This document shows positions 49,201 through 58,275 of a DNA stretch of 64,000 nt, one piece after another. Source of the DNA: Candidatus Nanopelagicales bacterium (GTDB lineage Bacteria > Actinomycetota > Actinomycetes > S36-B12); NCBI GenBank assembly GCA_044240195.1, contig JBIHZX010000001.1, positions 135,576 through 199,575 on the forward strand, written 5' to 3'. The translations under genes and the position numbers were made by a program. Position 1 is the stretch's first letter. Every line of letters begins with the position of its first letter. Under the pieces are notes generated by a model, which did no database searches, had not been told where the DNA came from, and worked only from the letters and a program-made list of their open reading frames with translations.

Positions 49201-49928
49201 GGCACCTCCCCCTTGAAGCTATTGATTGGAAATTAGCACTGAGACGACCAGTTGTCTATGTTGCAAACTCCAAATTATCCGATACAAAAATTGCACAAGC
49301 CCCAGACAGAGGACGTCTGCTGACTCAGCTTTAACTTCAAGTCAATTCAATTATGATCACGATTCGATAGTTGACTCCTCTTCAACCGCCCCTACGTTTG
49401 CTAATCCACAGAGTGAAGCAGTGTTCCGATCACCCCCAACTTGCGCAGCCACTTGTCGACACGGAGCATCGGCACCTCGAACCCGTGACCATCGATAGCG
49501 TTTGAGCACTTGAGTTCTGGGTATTGAATGTTCTTGCTCAATGAAACCAGCTGAGTCAACCAGATGCGAGTTGCCGCTGCCGTGGCCCAATCACGCCTAA
49601 AGTTCCCCCAAGTTCATTCGCCTCAAAAAGTTGAGACAGCTTCATTCAGCAAGTGGGCGGGGCTACCTCCTATCTGGCTGGGCTGATTCAGGTAAGGGTC
49701 ACAGGGAACTCCAGCATCGAGCAGCGTTACAAGAAGGAAAGTGCAATTTTTGGGTTATCATCGCGCCGCAACGGTATCGCTGTGGCGACCGCCGGAGTGC
49801 ATTTCGGGGCGCTTGTACTGTAGGGGCGTTCCAACCTTTCCAGCACTGGACAGATCGGCTCATTTTCCGTCATTAAACGCTCACAACAAGGGGAAAAACT
49901 TCCAACATAAATAATAACGGAATACATT
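49201..49928. other. 728-nt stretch with no convincing ORF at the distal end of the island (operon promoter region and possible gene debris)
   Basis: All six frames are broken by stops. Only 60-90-aa ORFs with atypical composition are present. Confidence 0.4.
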
Positions 49929-49953
49929 TTCGAATCCTGTATCGCTCACTTAC
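49929..49953 (+). repeat. attR-like displaced tRNA-Val 3' fragment
   Basis: ttcgaatcctgtatcgctcacttac. It has no D arm or anticodon arm upstream, so it is not a tRNA gene. It matches 39301-39325 at 23 of 25 positions. Confidence 0.65.
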
Positions 49954-50071
49954 CTGAGTTTCCCTGAAACGGATGATGCCTCGGAGTACATTGAATCCCT
50001 TTAGTCTTCTCCTGTGGCAAGCCCCACAGTCATGCGGCACCGATCTGGAAGCCGCGGTTCACCGGTGACTG

Positions 50072-50326
50072 TCATTGCTCGCGCTCTGGTAAAGCATGTG
50101 TAGAGGGCTTTGCTTCAGGCATCATCCATTCCTGAGTCTTGGTCAAATAGGGGTCATTCACATAAGCGTCATAGAGTGAATGCGCTTCTTCATACAGTTG
50201 AGAATCATAGGGGCTGGCTGCGATCCGTTCGAGGAGTTCATCGGCATGCTTCGCCTGAGCCACCGCGCCATTTCTTTGAACTTCACGCAGCTGGTTCACG
50301 GGATCCACAGCCAAAGTCTTCCACAC
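50072..50326 (-). CDS. Hypothetical small protein (weak call)
   Basis: 84-aa ORF with ordinary composition. It has no well-spaced RBS and no motif I recognise. Confidence 0.3.
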   Translation of the reverse strand: MWKTLAVDPVNQLREVQRNGAVAQAKHADELLERIAASPYDSQLYEEAHSLYDAYVNDPYLTKTQEWMMPEAKPSTHALPEREQ

Positions 50327-50390
50327 CTTTCAAACATAGTGATCTACCTCCGATCGGTCGTGTCTGGCCTGATCTGCTTTCCAGTACTCT

Positions 50391-51488
50391 GTGATCGTGG
50401 TAACCAATGATTCATCTCTGCCACTTGCCGGGGTAGTGGTTGTTGACCTCTCATCCAATATTGCCGCACCCTTCGGCTCAGCGATTCTGGCTGATTTAGG
50501 TGCCGAGGTTGTCCATATTGAACCCCCAGCTGGTGACGACAGTCGTCGCATGTCGCCAACAAAAGGTAGCGGCTCAGCTTTTTTCTACGTGGTGAATCGA
50601 AATAAGTCATTTGTCACATTGGACCTGCGACTGGACACGGATCAGGAAACCCTTTTCGAGATGCTCACCGCAGCTGATGTCTTAGTGAGTAACCTACGAC
50701 CATACAAGCTTGCAGAACTGGGATTAGACGCTCCGACCCTTGCTGTAACTTTGCCCGGCTTGATCACCGCCTATCTCAATGCCTACGGACCGCATCCAGA
50801 TGAATTAGATCAGGCCGGTTACGACGGTGTAATCCAGGCAAGGACCGGCATTATCGGAGTAACCGGAGCCACTGAACCGGCGCGTGCGGGAGTTTCGATC
50901 CTGGACATGGGTTCGGGAATGTGGCTTGCGATTGGGGTGCTCTCGGCCCTCTATCAAAAGTCGATAACGGGACTTGGATCAAGCGTTTCCACGTCACTGT
51001 TTGAGACGGGAGTGAACTGGAGCGCGTATCACCTGCTCGCCCATCAATTCACGGGAGAGGCGTCAACTCGCGCCGGAACCGGCCACCCTGCTTTTGCTCC
51101 CTATGGACTGTTCCCAACAAGCGATGGCCAAGTCATGATCGGCGTTGGTGGTGACGCCGTTTTCGCACGGCTTGTCAACAGTATTGGTCTGCCGGAACTA
51201 CTGACCGACTCACGCTTTGCTACCAATAGCGCCCGGGTGGCACACCAAACCGAATTGAAGGAAACGCTTTCACAGGCTTTTGCGAACTTTTCCAGCACCG
51301 AACTCATCACAGTTCTACGAAACGCAGACGTGCCTTCAGATCTTCTTGCCTTGCCAGAAGACCTACTCGATGACCCAGCCGCGCACGAACAACTAACGAA
51401 AATTGTTGTGAGCGGACAAAACTCAAGGATGCCTTCACTCCCACTAAGAATTAATGGCGAATACCCGCCAATTAGGTTCCCTTCCTAA
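50391..51488 (+). CDS. Family III CoA-transferase (CaiB/BaiF type)
   Basis: 365 aa. The N-terminal pattern is PLAGVVVVDLSSNIAAPFGSAILADLGAEVVHIEPPAGDDSR. Confidence 0.85.
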   Translation: MIVVTNDSSLPLAGVVVVDLSSNIAAPFGSAILADLGAEVVHIEPPAGDDSRRMSPTKGSGSAFFYVVNRNKSFVTLDLRLDTDQETLFEMLTAADVLVSNLRPYKLAELGLDAPTLAVTLPGLITAYLNAYGPHPDELDQAGYDGVIQARTGIIGVTGATEPARAGVSILDMGSGMWLAIGVLSALYQKSITGLGSSVSTSLFETGVNWSAYHLLAHQFTGEASTRAGTGHPAFAPYGLFPTSDGQVMIGVGGDAVFARLVNSIGLPELLTDSRFATNSARVAHQTELKETLSQAFANFSSTELITVLRNADVPSDLLALPEDLLDDPAAHEQLTKIVVSGQNSRMPSLPLRINGEYPPIRFPS

Positions 51489-51723
51489 AGGCAGCCGCCA
51501 CGATTGCAACCAGAATGGTCGCAATCAGGATTTGGGTTCCGAAGGTGAGCCAGAAACCCCATTGCGCCGCATTGCCGATCAGCGCCCCTCCCGCTCCACC
51601 GACGACACCGATTAAAACCGTGACGAAACACCCAATGGGCTGCATGCTCGGTACCAAGATTCGAGCAATAAGGCCGATAACTATTCCAACAAAGAGGCCG
51701 CTGATGAGGCCGGAAATTTCCAT
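51472..51723 (-). CDS. GlsB/YeaQ/YmgE family (transglycosylase-associated) small membrane protein
   Basis: The start is set at the ATG at 51723 (MEISGLISGLFVGIVIGLIARILVP...). It has three Gly-rich TM helices. Confidence 0.75.
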   Translation of the reverse strand: MEISGLISGLFVGIVIGLIARILVPSMQPIGCFVTVLIGVVGGAGGALIGNAAQWGFWLTFGTQILIATILVAIVAAAFRKGT

Positions 51724-51727
51724 AGCC

Positions 51728-52744
51728 CTACTCAACCATTACTGCACCCAATTGGGCAAGAGCGGCGAGCCGAGAAAGAGCACGAAAATACTTCTTCCGA
51801 TAGCCACCCCTGAGCATTGAGTCGGTGAAGATGCTCGTGATATCCAACCCGCTGTTCACTATTGGTACTGAACGGTCATAGAGCCGGTCAACCAGACTCA
51901 CAACTCGCAGAGCTTGGTTTTCATTTCGAACCACATTCACATCTTGCAAACCCAACAAAGATAAGTTTTCAACCATGGGTCCGTATTGAGCCGGGTGAAC
52001 CTTGGATAGGTGATCCAATAGCCCTTGCCATTCGTCCATCGCCGCATGAATAGTCGCTGCGCAGAATTTCTCGACTTCCGAGTGCGTGAATACTTTCTGG
52101 TTCAGATCAAGATTGCGCTGACGGTAATCGGGGCCTTCGATTCGGATCACGTCGAAGTGAGCCGACAACCCTTGAATTTCGCGCAGAAAATTATCCGCTG
52201 CAAAACGCTCTTCACCCAAGCGGTCCGGTAGCGTATTGGATGTCGCGGCGACACGGACTCCTCGATCAACAAGCTCATTGAGAAATGTTGACATAAGGAC
52301 TGTATCCCCAGGATCATCCAGTTCAAATTCGTCGATGCACACAAGCTTGCGATTCGCGAATTGCTCGACGGCCTTTCGAAAACCGAGGAGCCCGATCACA
52401 TTCGTGTACTCAACGAAGGTACCGAAAGATTTTGGCTGAGGCGACGCATGCCAGAGGGCGGCTAGTAAGTGAGTTTTGCCGACACCGAATCCTCCGTCGA
52501 GGTAGACCCCTGGGCGACCTTCAGGCGCCTTATTCTTTTTAAAGAATCCCTTTGGTACAGGTGCTCCCACCCGTTGCGCGAACACGTCAACGCCTTCGCG
52601 CGCAGCAACTTGGGTCGGTTCATCTGGACTGGGGATGTAGTTCGAGAAACTTGAATCAGCAAACTGCTGTGGCGGGATCAATTCTGCAACTATCTGGCTC
52701 GCACTGACCGAAGGGAACACGTCTACGAGTCGCTGCACCCCCAT
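51728..52744 (-). CDS. zapE: Cell division protein ZapE (AFG1-like ATPase)
   Basis: 338 aa with Walker A GGFGVGKTHLL and Walker B LVCIDEFELDD. Confidence 0.85.
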   Translation of the reverse strand: MGVQRLVDVFPSVSASQIVAELIPPQQFADSSFSNYIPSPDEPTQVAAREGVDVFAQRVGAPVPKGFFKKNKAPEGRPGVYLDGGFGVGKTHLLAALWHASPQPKSFGTFVEYTNVIGLLGFRKAVEQFANRKLVCIDEFELDDPGDTVLMSTFLNELVDRGVRVAATSNTLPDRLGEERFAADNFLREIQGLSAHFDVIRIEGPDYRQRNLDLNQKVFTHSEVEKFCAATIHAAMDEWQGLLDHLSKVHPAQYGPMVENLSLLGLQDVNVVRNENQALRVVSLVDRLYDRSVPIVNSGLDITSIFTDSMLRGGYRKKYFRALSRLAALAQLGAVMVE

Positions 52745-52769
52745 ACTTTAGGCCCAGTAGGGTTCATTC

Positions 52770-53057
52770 GTGAGTATCGCAACCGAGACCGTCGTATTCT
52801 TTGCCATCGCCTTTTTCATATTTGGGCTTGTCTTCGTGCTACTGGGTTTGTCCAGTGAGCGAGGCTACTGGTCCCAACGCGATCCTTCCGGTGATGCACG
52901 CAGGGCTGCCACAGGTTTTCACACGATTTACCACCGGGCATTCTCCATCGCTGCAGGCGAGTACCGGGCACCTCTTCGTATTGCCGCGATTGGTGTGGTG
53001 TTGTGGTACTTCGCCATTGCTTCGCTCGTCATTGCCGTCATCATGGCCGTGATTTAA
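52770..53057 (+). CDS. Hypothetical membrane protein (2 TM helices)
   Basis: 95 aa with a GTG start. It has hydrophobic N- and C-terminal helices. Confidence 0.5.
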   Translation: MSIATETVVFFAIAFFIFGLVFVLLGLSSERGYWSQRDPSGDARRAATGFHTIYHRAFSIAAGEYRAPLRIAAIGVVLWYFAIASLVIAVIMAVI

Positions 53058-53081
53058 GCCTTCGTAACCGGACCATCTTTG

Positions 53082-53155
53082 TCGGGCTGACAGGACTTGA
53101 ACCTGCGGCCTTCCGGCCCCCAGCCGGACGCGCTACCAAACTGCGCCACAGCCCG
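53082..53155 (-). tRNA. tRNA-Pro (anticodon GGG)
   Basis: 74-nt cloverleaf: CGGGCTG acceptor, anticodon arm TCCGG-CTGGGGG-CCGGA, T arm GCAGG-TTCAAGT-CCTGT. Confidence 0.9.
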
Positions 53156-53205
53156 CGACACGAGTCGCAACCCTATCTCATGATTGCGAAACCAATTGAG
53201 CACCT

Positions 53206-54753
53206 CTAGCGGCGAGACCGCTTTTCGCGGACGCGCATGACGATTCGGATGGGAGTGCCATCAAACCCAAAATCCTCACGCAACCGTCGTTCGATAAATC
53301 TGCGGTATCCCGCCTCTAGGAACCCGGTAGTAAACAGAGCGAATGTTGGCGGTGACGCGGAAACTTGGGTACCAAAGAGGATGCGGGGCTGCTTGCCACC
53401 ACGAAGTGGATGGGGGTGCGCTGCCGTTAAGTCTGCGATAAACCGGTTCAATGCACCCGTTGGAATGCGCGAATCCCAGTTGTCCAAAGCCAATTCGAGC
53501 GCGGGCGCCAATTTTTCCACGTGACGCTTCGTTTTCGCCGAGATATTGACTGTAGGAGCCCAAGCGACTGACGCTAAATCCCGATCGATCTCTTTTGCTA
53601 GGTATCCCCGCCGATCCTCATCTGTCAGATCCCACTTGTTAAAAGCGATAACCAGAGCCCGCCCCGACTCAATCACCATGGTGATTATTCGCTGATCCTG
53701 CTCGCTCAATGGTTCAGACGCATCAACGAGAACGATTGCTACCTCAGCACGATCAAGTGCCGCTTGGGTTCTCAGTGTCGCGTAATACTCATGACCGGAA
53801 GCTTCCTTCGCACGACGCCGAATCCCTGCTGTGTCAACAAACCACCAAAGTCGGTCTTTGATTTCAACCAGTTCATCAACAGGGTCAACCGTTGTCCCCG
53901 CTACGTCATCGACCACAACTCGATTTGAGCCAGCGAGAGCGTTGAGTAGTGAAGACTTCCCCACATTTGGTTTGCCCAGCAATGCAACCCTTCGGGGCGC
54001 CCCTTCCTTGCTTTGACCCGAACCTGTCTCAGGCAGCACTCTCACGATTGCATCAAGAAGGTCTCCCGAGCGTCGGCCGTGCAGGCCCGACACCGGATGC
54101 GGCTCCCCCAGCCCGAGTCCCCACAGTGCAGTTGCTTCGAGTTCAGCATTGTGATCATCGGCTTTCGTGGCAACCAGGATTGCAGGCTTACCGGATTTGC
54201 GAATTACTTCCACAACATATTCATCAGATGTCGTCGCACCGACCATTGCATCAACGACGAACACGACGACATCGGATTCATTAATGGCGCGCTCGGCCTG
54301 AGCTGCAATCTGGGCGTGAATACCCCGCGTGTTGCGCTCCCAGCCGCCAGTGTCCATCACAAGGAACTTTCGGCCATTCCACTCAGCTTCGTAACTCACC
54401 CGATCACGCGTCACACCGGGCACGTCTTCCACAACGGCTTCCCGGCGACCAATCATGCGGTTCACCAGGGTTGATTTGCCCACGTTAGGACGACCCACAA
54501 TCGCCACAACGGGAAGATTCGCGGTTGAAGCTAAATCCGCTAGGTCGCCATCAAAATCGCCGAACTCCTCACGAACTGCAATGAGCGCAGCGGTGAGTAG
54601 GGCATCCTCATCCATCGGTTCAAAATCGGAATCATCATCGATTAAACCTGCCGGATCATTCGGTCCAAATTCGTATTCATCCATGTCGCGCCCGCTCGCC
54701 TTCACATTTCGATCGATTTCACTTACTTCCGCGCCACTGCGACGACTCCCCAA
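53206..54753 (-). CDS. der: Ribosome biogenesis GTPase Der (EngA) with acidic N-terminal extension
   Basis: It has two GTPase domains ([17 protein letters not shown] and [17 protein letters not shown]) plus a KH-like C-terminus. The start is uncertain; the ATG at 54684 is an alternative. Confidence 0.9.
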   Translation of the reverse strand: MGSRRSGAEVSEIDRNVKASGRDMDEYEFGPNDPAGLIDDDSDFEPMDEDALLTAALIAVREEFGDFDGDLADLASTANLPVVAIVGRPNVGKSTLVNRMIGRREAVVEDVPGVTRDRVSYEAEWNGRKFLVMDTGGWERNTRGIHAQIAAQAERAINESDVVVFVVDAMVGATTSDEYVVEVIRKSGKPAILVATKADDHNAELEATALWGLGLGEPHPVSGLHGRRSGDLLDAIVRVLPETGSGQSKEGAPRRVALLGKPNVGKSSLLNALAGSNRVVVDDVAGTTVDPVDELVEIKDRLWWFVDTAGIRRRAKEASGHEYYATLRTQAALDRAEVAIVLVDASEPLSEQDQRIITMVIESGRALVIAFNKWDLTDEDRRGYLAKEIDRDLASVAWAPTVNISAKTKRHVEKLAPALELALDNWDSRIPTGALNRFIADLTAAHPHPLRGGKQPRILFGTQVSASPPTFALFTTGFLEAGYRRFIERRLREDFGFDGTPIRIVMRVREKRSRR

Positions 54754-54802
54754 AGTACACAGGTGCGCTGCTCGAGCGCGCAGAGGGCTTCTGAATGTGC
54801 AT

Positions 54803-55480
54803 TCACGAATACGTTTTGTGAACCCACAGGACCAACTGATCCACCACTTCTTCCAGGCTCAGTTCACTCGTGTCCAGGATGTGAGAGTCCAGTGCTGGCT
54901 TCAAAGGTGAGTGCTCACGGCCGGAATCCTTAGCATCACGGCGCTGCAAATCCTTCTGGGTTTGGGCAATCGTCTGGATATCGGCTTGCGGGTCCACCTC
55001 GAGGCTGCGTCTTTTTGCTCGGGACTCGGGGGAAGCGGTCAGGAACACCTTGAGTTTGGAATCAGGTAGGACAACGGTGCCGATATCGCGTCCCTCAATC
55101 ACTATCCCAAAGGGTGAATGTGTTACCGCCTCACGCTGCAGTTGGACAAGGAGTTCTCGCACCTCAGGCACCGCACTTACCGCACTGACAGCGGCCGTCA
55201 CCTCTGGTGAGCGAATTGCACGAGTGACATCTTCACCGTTTGCCGAGATACTGAAAATCTCTGGATCCGTCGTGATCTCGATTACCGTGCTCAACGCTCG
55301 CTGCGCAACCGCCTCCTGGTCCTGGAGATCAATATTGGCGTGAAGCACAGCCCAAGTGATTGCTCGATACATTGCGCCGGTATCCAGCATGACCCAGCCA
55401 AGACGTTGAGCAACTGCCCGACTCACGGAGGACTTTCCTGACCCTGCCGGACCGTCGAGGGCAAGCGTCTTTGTCGTCAT
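54803..55480 (-). CDS. cmk: Cytidylate kinase
   Basis: 225 aa with the P-loop [11 protein letters not shown]. There is an ATGA overlap with the tyrA stop. Confidence 0.9.
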   Translation of the reverse strand: MTTKTLALDGPAGSGKSSVSRAVAQRLGWVMLDTGAMYRAITWAVLHANIDLQDQEAVAQRALSTVIEITTDPEIFSISANGEDVTRAIRSPEVTAAVSAVSAVPEVRELLVQLQREAVTHSPFGIVIEGRDIGTVVLPDSKLKVFLTASPESRAKRRSLEVDPQADIQTIAQTQKDLQRRDAKDSGREHSPLKPALDSHILDTSELSLEEVVDQLVLWVHKTYS

Positions 55481-56535
55481 TGCCGTCCTCGGGTATCAAA
55501 ACCCTGATCCTGCAGTCCCCGATCGAGGGCTTCTGATTGCCCTGTCGGCACATAAAGCTGCACGATTCCGCTTGGTGCGCCCATGACGTGCTCTATTCGC
55601 ACATCTTCGAGGTTAATGTTGAGTGAGCCGACACCGGAAAATAGTTCAGCGAGTGCACCCGGCTGATCGGAGATCATGACATTTACCGATTCAAATCGAT
55701 TCTGCCCGGTTCCATGCTTGCCCGGAATCCGCAGCTTTCCTTCATTCCCTGCTCGAAGTGTGAGTTCAACCCGTTCCCGGTCATGTGTCTCGAGTGCTGT
55801 GGACAACTCGGCAAGTTCAATGCTCACTTTGCGAAGTACCCGCGATATTTCCGCTGCATTACCTTGCAAAATATCACCCCACAATTGGGGATCCGATCCG
55901 GCGATGCGGATTGCATCGGCCAACCCTGCGCCTGAGATGGATAGATCGACTTGATCGGCATCCAATAGCTGGGCTGCAAGGGTGCTTGAGACGAGTTGCG
56001 GGACATGTGAGATCAGGGCAACCGCGCGATCGTGATCCTCAGGGTGCATAGTGACAACCGCGCCACCCATGTGGGTGACAAGTTCGGTCGCTTGCGCCTG
56101 TGACTCGGCGTTACCCTGCGTCAAAACCCATGTTCTATTTTGGAAGAGATCAGCACGAGCAGCACCGGGACCTGCAACTTCACGGCCCGCCATTGGATGG
56201 GCGCCCATAACCCGACCGCTCTGGGTTAACTCAACATCAAGTTCGGCAATGATCGAATTACGAACTGAACTAACATCAAGTAGCAATGAATCCCCGTAAT
56301 TGCGGAAAGCTTCATTGAGGGTCTGGGCTGCCGCACTTGGTGGAACACAGACGAAAACAATTTCTGGTCGCTGCTGCTTCACGGCGGCAAGTTCAGGCAG
56401 CCCCATGTGCAGAGCTTGCCTGACGTGATCCGAGTTGATGTCCTCAATGCTCACGGAGTAACCGCATTTGTTCAGGGATAGAGCGATTGATGTGCCGATG
56501 AGTCCACAACCAATAATGTGGACACTAGGCACCAT
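55477..56535 (-). CDS. tyrA: Prephenate dehydrogenase with C-terminal ACT domain
   Basis: It has the Rossmann motif IIGCGLIGTSIAL. The start is set at the ATG at 56535, with AGGA 5 nt upstream. The track start is 56550. Confidence 0.85.
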   Translation of the reverse strand: MVPSVHIIGCGLIGTSIALSLNKCGYSVSIEDINSDHVRQALHMGLPELAAVKQQRPEIVFVCVPPSAAAQTLNEAFRNYGDSLLLDVSSVRNSIIAELDVELTQSGRVMGAHPMAGREVAGPGAARADLFQNRTWVLTQGNAESQAQATELVTHMGGAVVTMHPEDHDRAVALISHVPQLVSSTLAAQLLDADQVDLSISGAGLADAIRIAGSDPQLWGDILQGNAAEISRVLRKVSIELAELSTALETHDRERVELTLRAGNEGKLRIPGKHGTGQNRFESVNVMISDQPGALAELFSGVGSLNINLEDVRIEHVMGAPSGIVQLYVPTGQSEALDRGLQDQGFDTRGRQ

Positions 56536-56914
56536 GACTGTCCTTGTCATGCGATTTTGTGAGGTCCGCCCTCAATACTTCAGCACCGCGCAGGTACACA
56601 TGATCCACTTCGCCGCGGCTTTGATCAGTTTCTACTTGCGCCATGATTCGGATAACGCGCTCTAATGCTCCATCAACATTCATCTCCTGAGCACACATCA
56701 GTGGCACGTCGGTGAGGCCGTGAATCCGAATTCCGGCAGCCGGAAATGCACAGGTGAGATCAGGTGTCCCGGTAAGAAAAATGCTGATGACAGCGTCCTC
56801 AGAGATCTTGTTGCGATTGAGCATTTGGTCAATCAACTCCGCAACCGCCTCGTTCATTTCTTCAACATTATTCGCACTGAGGCAGGTGGCACCTCTGATC
56901 GCTCGTATCGCCAT
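56525..56914 (-). CDS. aroH: Chorismate mutase, AroH class
   Basis: 129 aa. MAIRAIRGATCLSANNVEEM... is the typical AroH N-terminus. Confidence 0.85.
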   Translation of the reverse strand: MAIRAIRGATCLSANNVEEMNEAVAELIDQMLNRNKISEDAVISIFLTGTPDLTCAFPAAGIRIHGLTDVPLMCAQEMNVDGALERVIRIMAQVETDQSRGEVDHVYLRGAEVLRADLTKSHDKDSHGA

Positions 56915-56936
56915 TGTTGGAGTCTAATCAGGTGGT

Positions 56937-57665
56937 TTATAGACCGGCAGCGGTATAAAGGGCTCGCAACTGTGGCCCGCTAATGACCCTGAGAATCCCG
57001 GGTCTTTGCTGTCCTAATGCCACCGGGCCTATTTTTGTGCGGACGAGGGCTGTTACCGGAGATCCGACCGCGTCAAACATACGGCGCACGATTCGATTTC
57101 GACCCTCATGAATGACCACCTCGACCATCACGGAATTTTTTGTTCTATCAATTATCCGAGCTTTGGTGGCCTGTGCCGTTCCATCGTCCAATGAAACTCC
57201 ACTCGTCAACTCGGCGAGTGCCTTGTTCGTAAACTCTTTGACGGTGGCAATGTAGGTTTTGTCTACTCCAAAACTTGGATGAATCAGTCGATTTGCCAAC
57301 TCACCGTCATTGGTGAGAAGGAGCAATCCTTCGGTGTCGGCATCGAGTCTGCCCACGTGGAAAACTCGTTGTTCCAGTTCAGTGACGTAGTCGCCAACAC
57401 ATGCGCGCCCTTGGTCATCAACCATGGTGGTCAACACGCCTTTTGGCTTATTTAATGCGTACACCACGACCTCTGCCTTTGTTTGGAGTCGTTCGCCGTC
57501 GACATGAATGATGTCGACTTCAGGGTCCACCCGACGACCCTGCTCACGCACAGGTTCGCCATTAATGCTGACGCGTCCCTGGTCAATCAGGATTTCACAT
57601 GAGCGGCGACTCCCGATCCCGGCGGCGGCCAACACCTTCTGAAGTCTGATTTCGGTATCAGTCAC
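56937..57665 (-). CDS. rluB: Pseudouridine synthase (RluB/RsuA family)
   Basis: The GTG at 57665 overlaps the scpB stop by 8 nt. It has an S4 domain (RLQKVLAAAGIGSRRSCEILIDQGRVSING) and the catalytic motif HVGRLDADTEGLLLLTNDG. Confidence 0.88.
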   Translation of the reverse strand: MTDTEIRLQKVLAAAGIGSRRSCEILIDQGRVSINGEPVREQGRRVDPEVDIIHVDGERLQTKAEVVVYALNKPKGVLTTMVDDQGRACVGDYVTELEQRVFHVGRLDADTEGLLLLTNDGELANRLIHPSFGVDKTYIATVKEFTNKALAELTSGVSLDDGTAQATKARIIDRTKNSVMVEVVIHEGRNRIVRRMFDAVGSPVTALVRTKIGPVALGQQRPGILRVISGPQLRALYTAAGL

Positions 57666-58275
57666 CGGATGCGACCGACTCCAACACCGCGTCCAGGTCT
57701 GCGAGGTCAGGGATGTGTTCTGCAAGTGGCGGCAAATCTTCTAGTGAGGAGATACCGAGGCGCTCGAGGAAGAAAGATGTTGTTTTATAAAAAATTGCCC
57801 CGGATTCATTTTCGGTTCCGGCCTCTTGGATAAGACCTCGCGTGAGAAGGGTTTTTATAACACCGTCCACATTCACTCCACGGACGGCACTCACCCGGCC
57901 ACGTGTGACCGGCTGACGGTAGGCAATCACGGACAGAGTTTCCAGTGCTGCCTGGGTCAATTTTGCCTGCTGTCCGTCAACAACCCAGCGTTCAATTAAC
58001 GGTGAGCACTCGCTGCGAGTATAAAAGCGCCACCCACCGGCAACCTCTCGCAAATCAAATCCACGCATTGCTTCGGTGTATTGCGCCGACAAATCTTTGA
58101 GTGTTTGTTCAACATCAGGAAGAGGCTCTTTTGTTATTTGAGCTAGTTCCATCGCAGGCATGGGCTCGTCGGTGAGCAACAAAAGTGCCTCTATTGCGGC
58201 ACCCAGGCTAGGAGCACCGAGTTCTGGAGCATCCTCATAAACCTCTTCGGTGACTTCTTCGACTGACTCACTCAT
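57658..58275 (-). CDS. scpB: Segregation and condensation protein B
   Basis: The start is set at the ATG at 58275, an 8-nt overlap with the scpA stop. It has the ScpB pattern AIEALLLLTDEPM. Confidence 0.85.
   Translation of the reverse strand: MSESVEEVTEEVYEDAPELGAPSLGAAIEALLLLTDEPMPAMELAQITKEPLPDVEQTLKDLSAQYTEAMRGFDLREVAGGWRFYTRSECSPLIERWVVDGQQAKLTQAALETLSVIAYRQPVTRGRVSAVRGVNVDGVIKTLLTRGLIQEAGTENESGAIFYKTTSFFLERLGISSLEDLPPLAEHIPDLADLDAVLESVASGD

Larger units (their letters stand above)
39301..49953. mobile_element. tRNA-Val-associated genomic island (about 10.6 kb), integrase-less / apparently fixed
   Basis: It is bounded by the 25-nt direct repeat of the tRNA 3' end. The content is entirely accessory (regulator, catabolic enzymes, ABC importer), whereas both flanks are conserved housekeeping genes. 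By eye it is more AT-rich at both junctions. Confidence 0.55.

Noticed and set aside
49357-49927. Track ORFs 49357-49590 and 49727-49927 (minus strand) as possible integrase fragments next to the attR-like repeat.
   Set aside because: I could not find any tyrosine- or serine-recombinase motif in these or neighbouring frames by eye. They are kept only as unidentified possible debris in a finding and are not called as genes or pseudogenes.
53003-53209. A 68-aa plus-strand ORF.
   Set aside because: It runs across tRNA-Pro(GGG).
53155-53215. The hairpin gcgg-cgaga-ccgc followed by tttt near 53211-53227 as a terminator.
   Set aside because: It lies inside the last codons of der (minus strand). 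On the plus strand it would follow a tRNA of opposite orientation, and it has only a 4-bp stem.
57352-57365. A parS-like half site, cccacgtggaaaac, near the parA/scpAB genes.
   Set aside because: It is only a partial palindrome with an extra base relative to the GTTTCACGTGAAAC consensus. It lies inside the catalytic-motif codons (HVGRLD) of the pseudouridine synthase gene.
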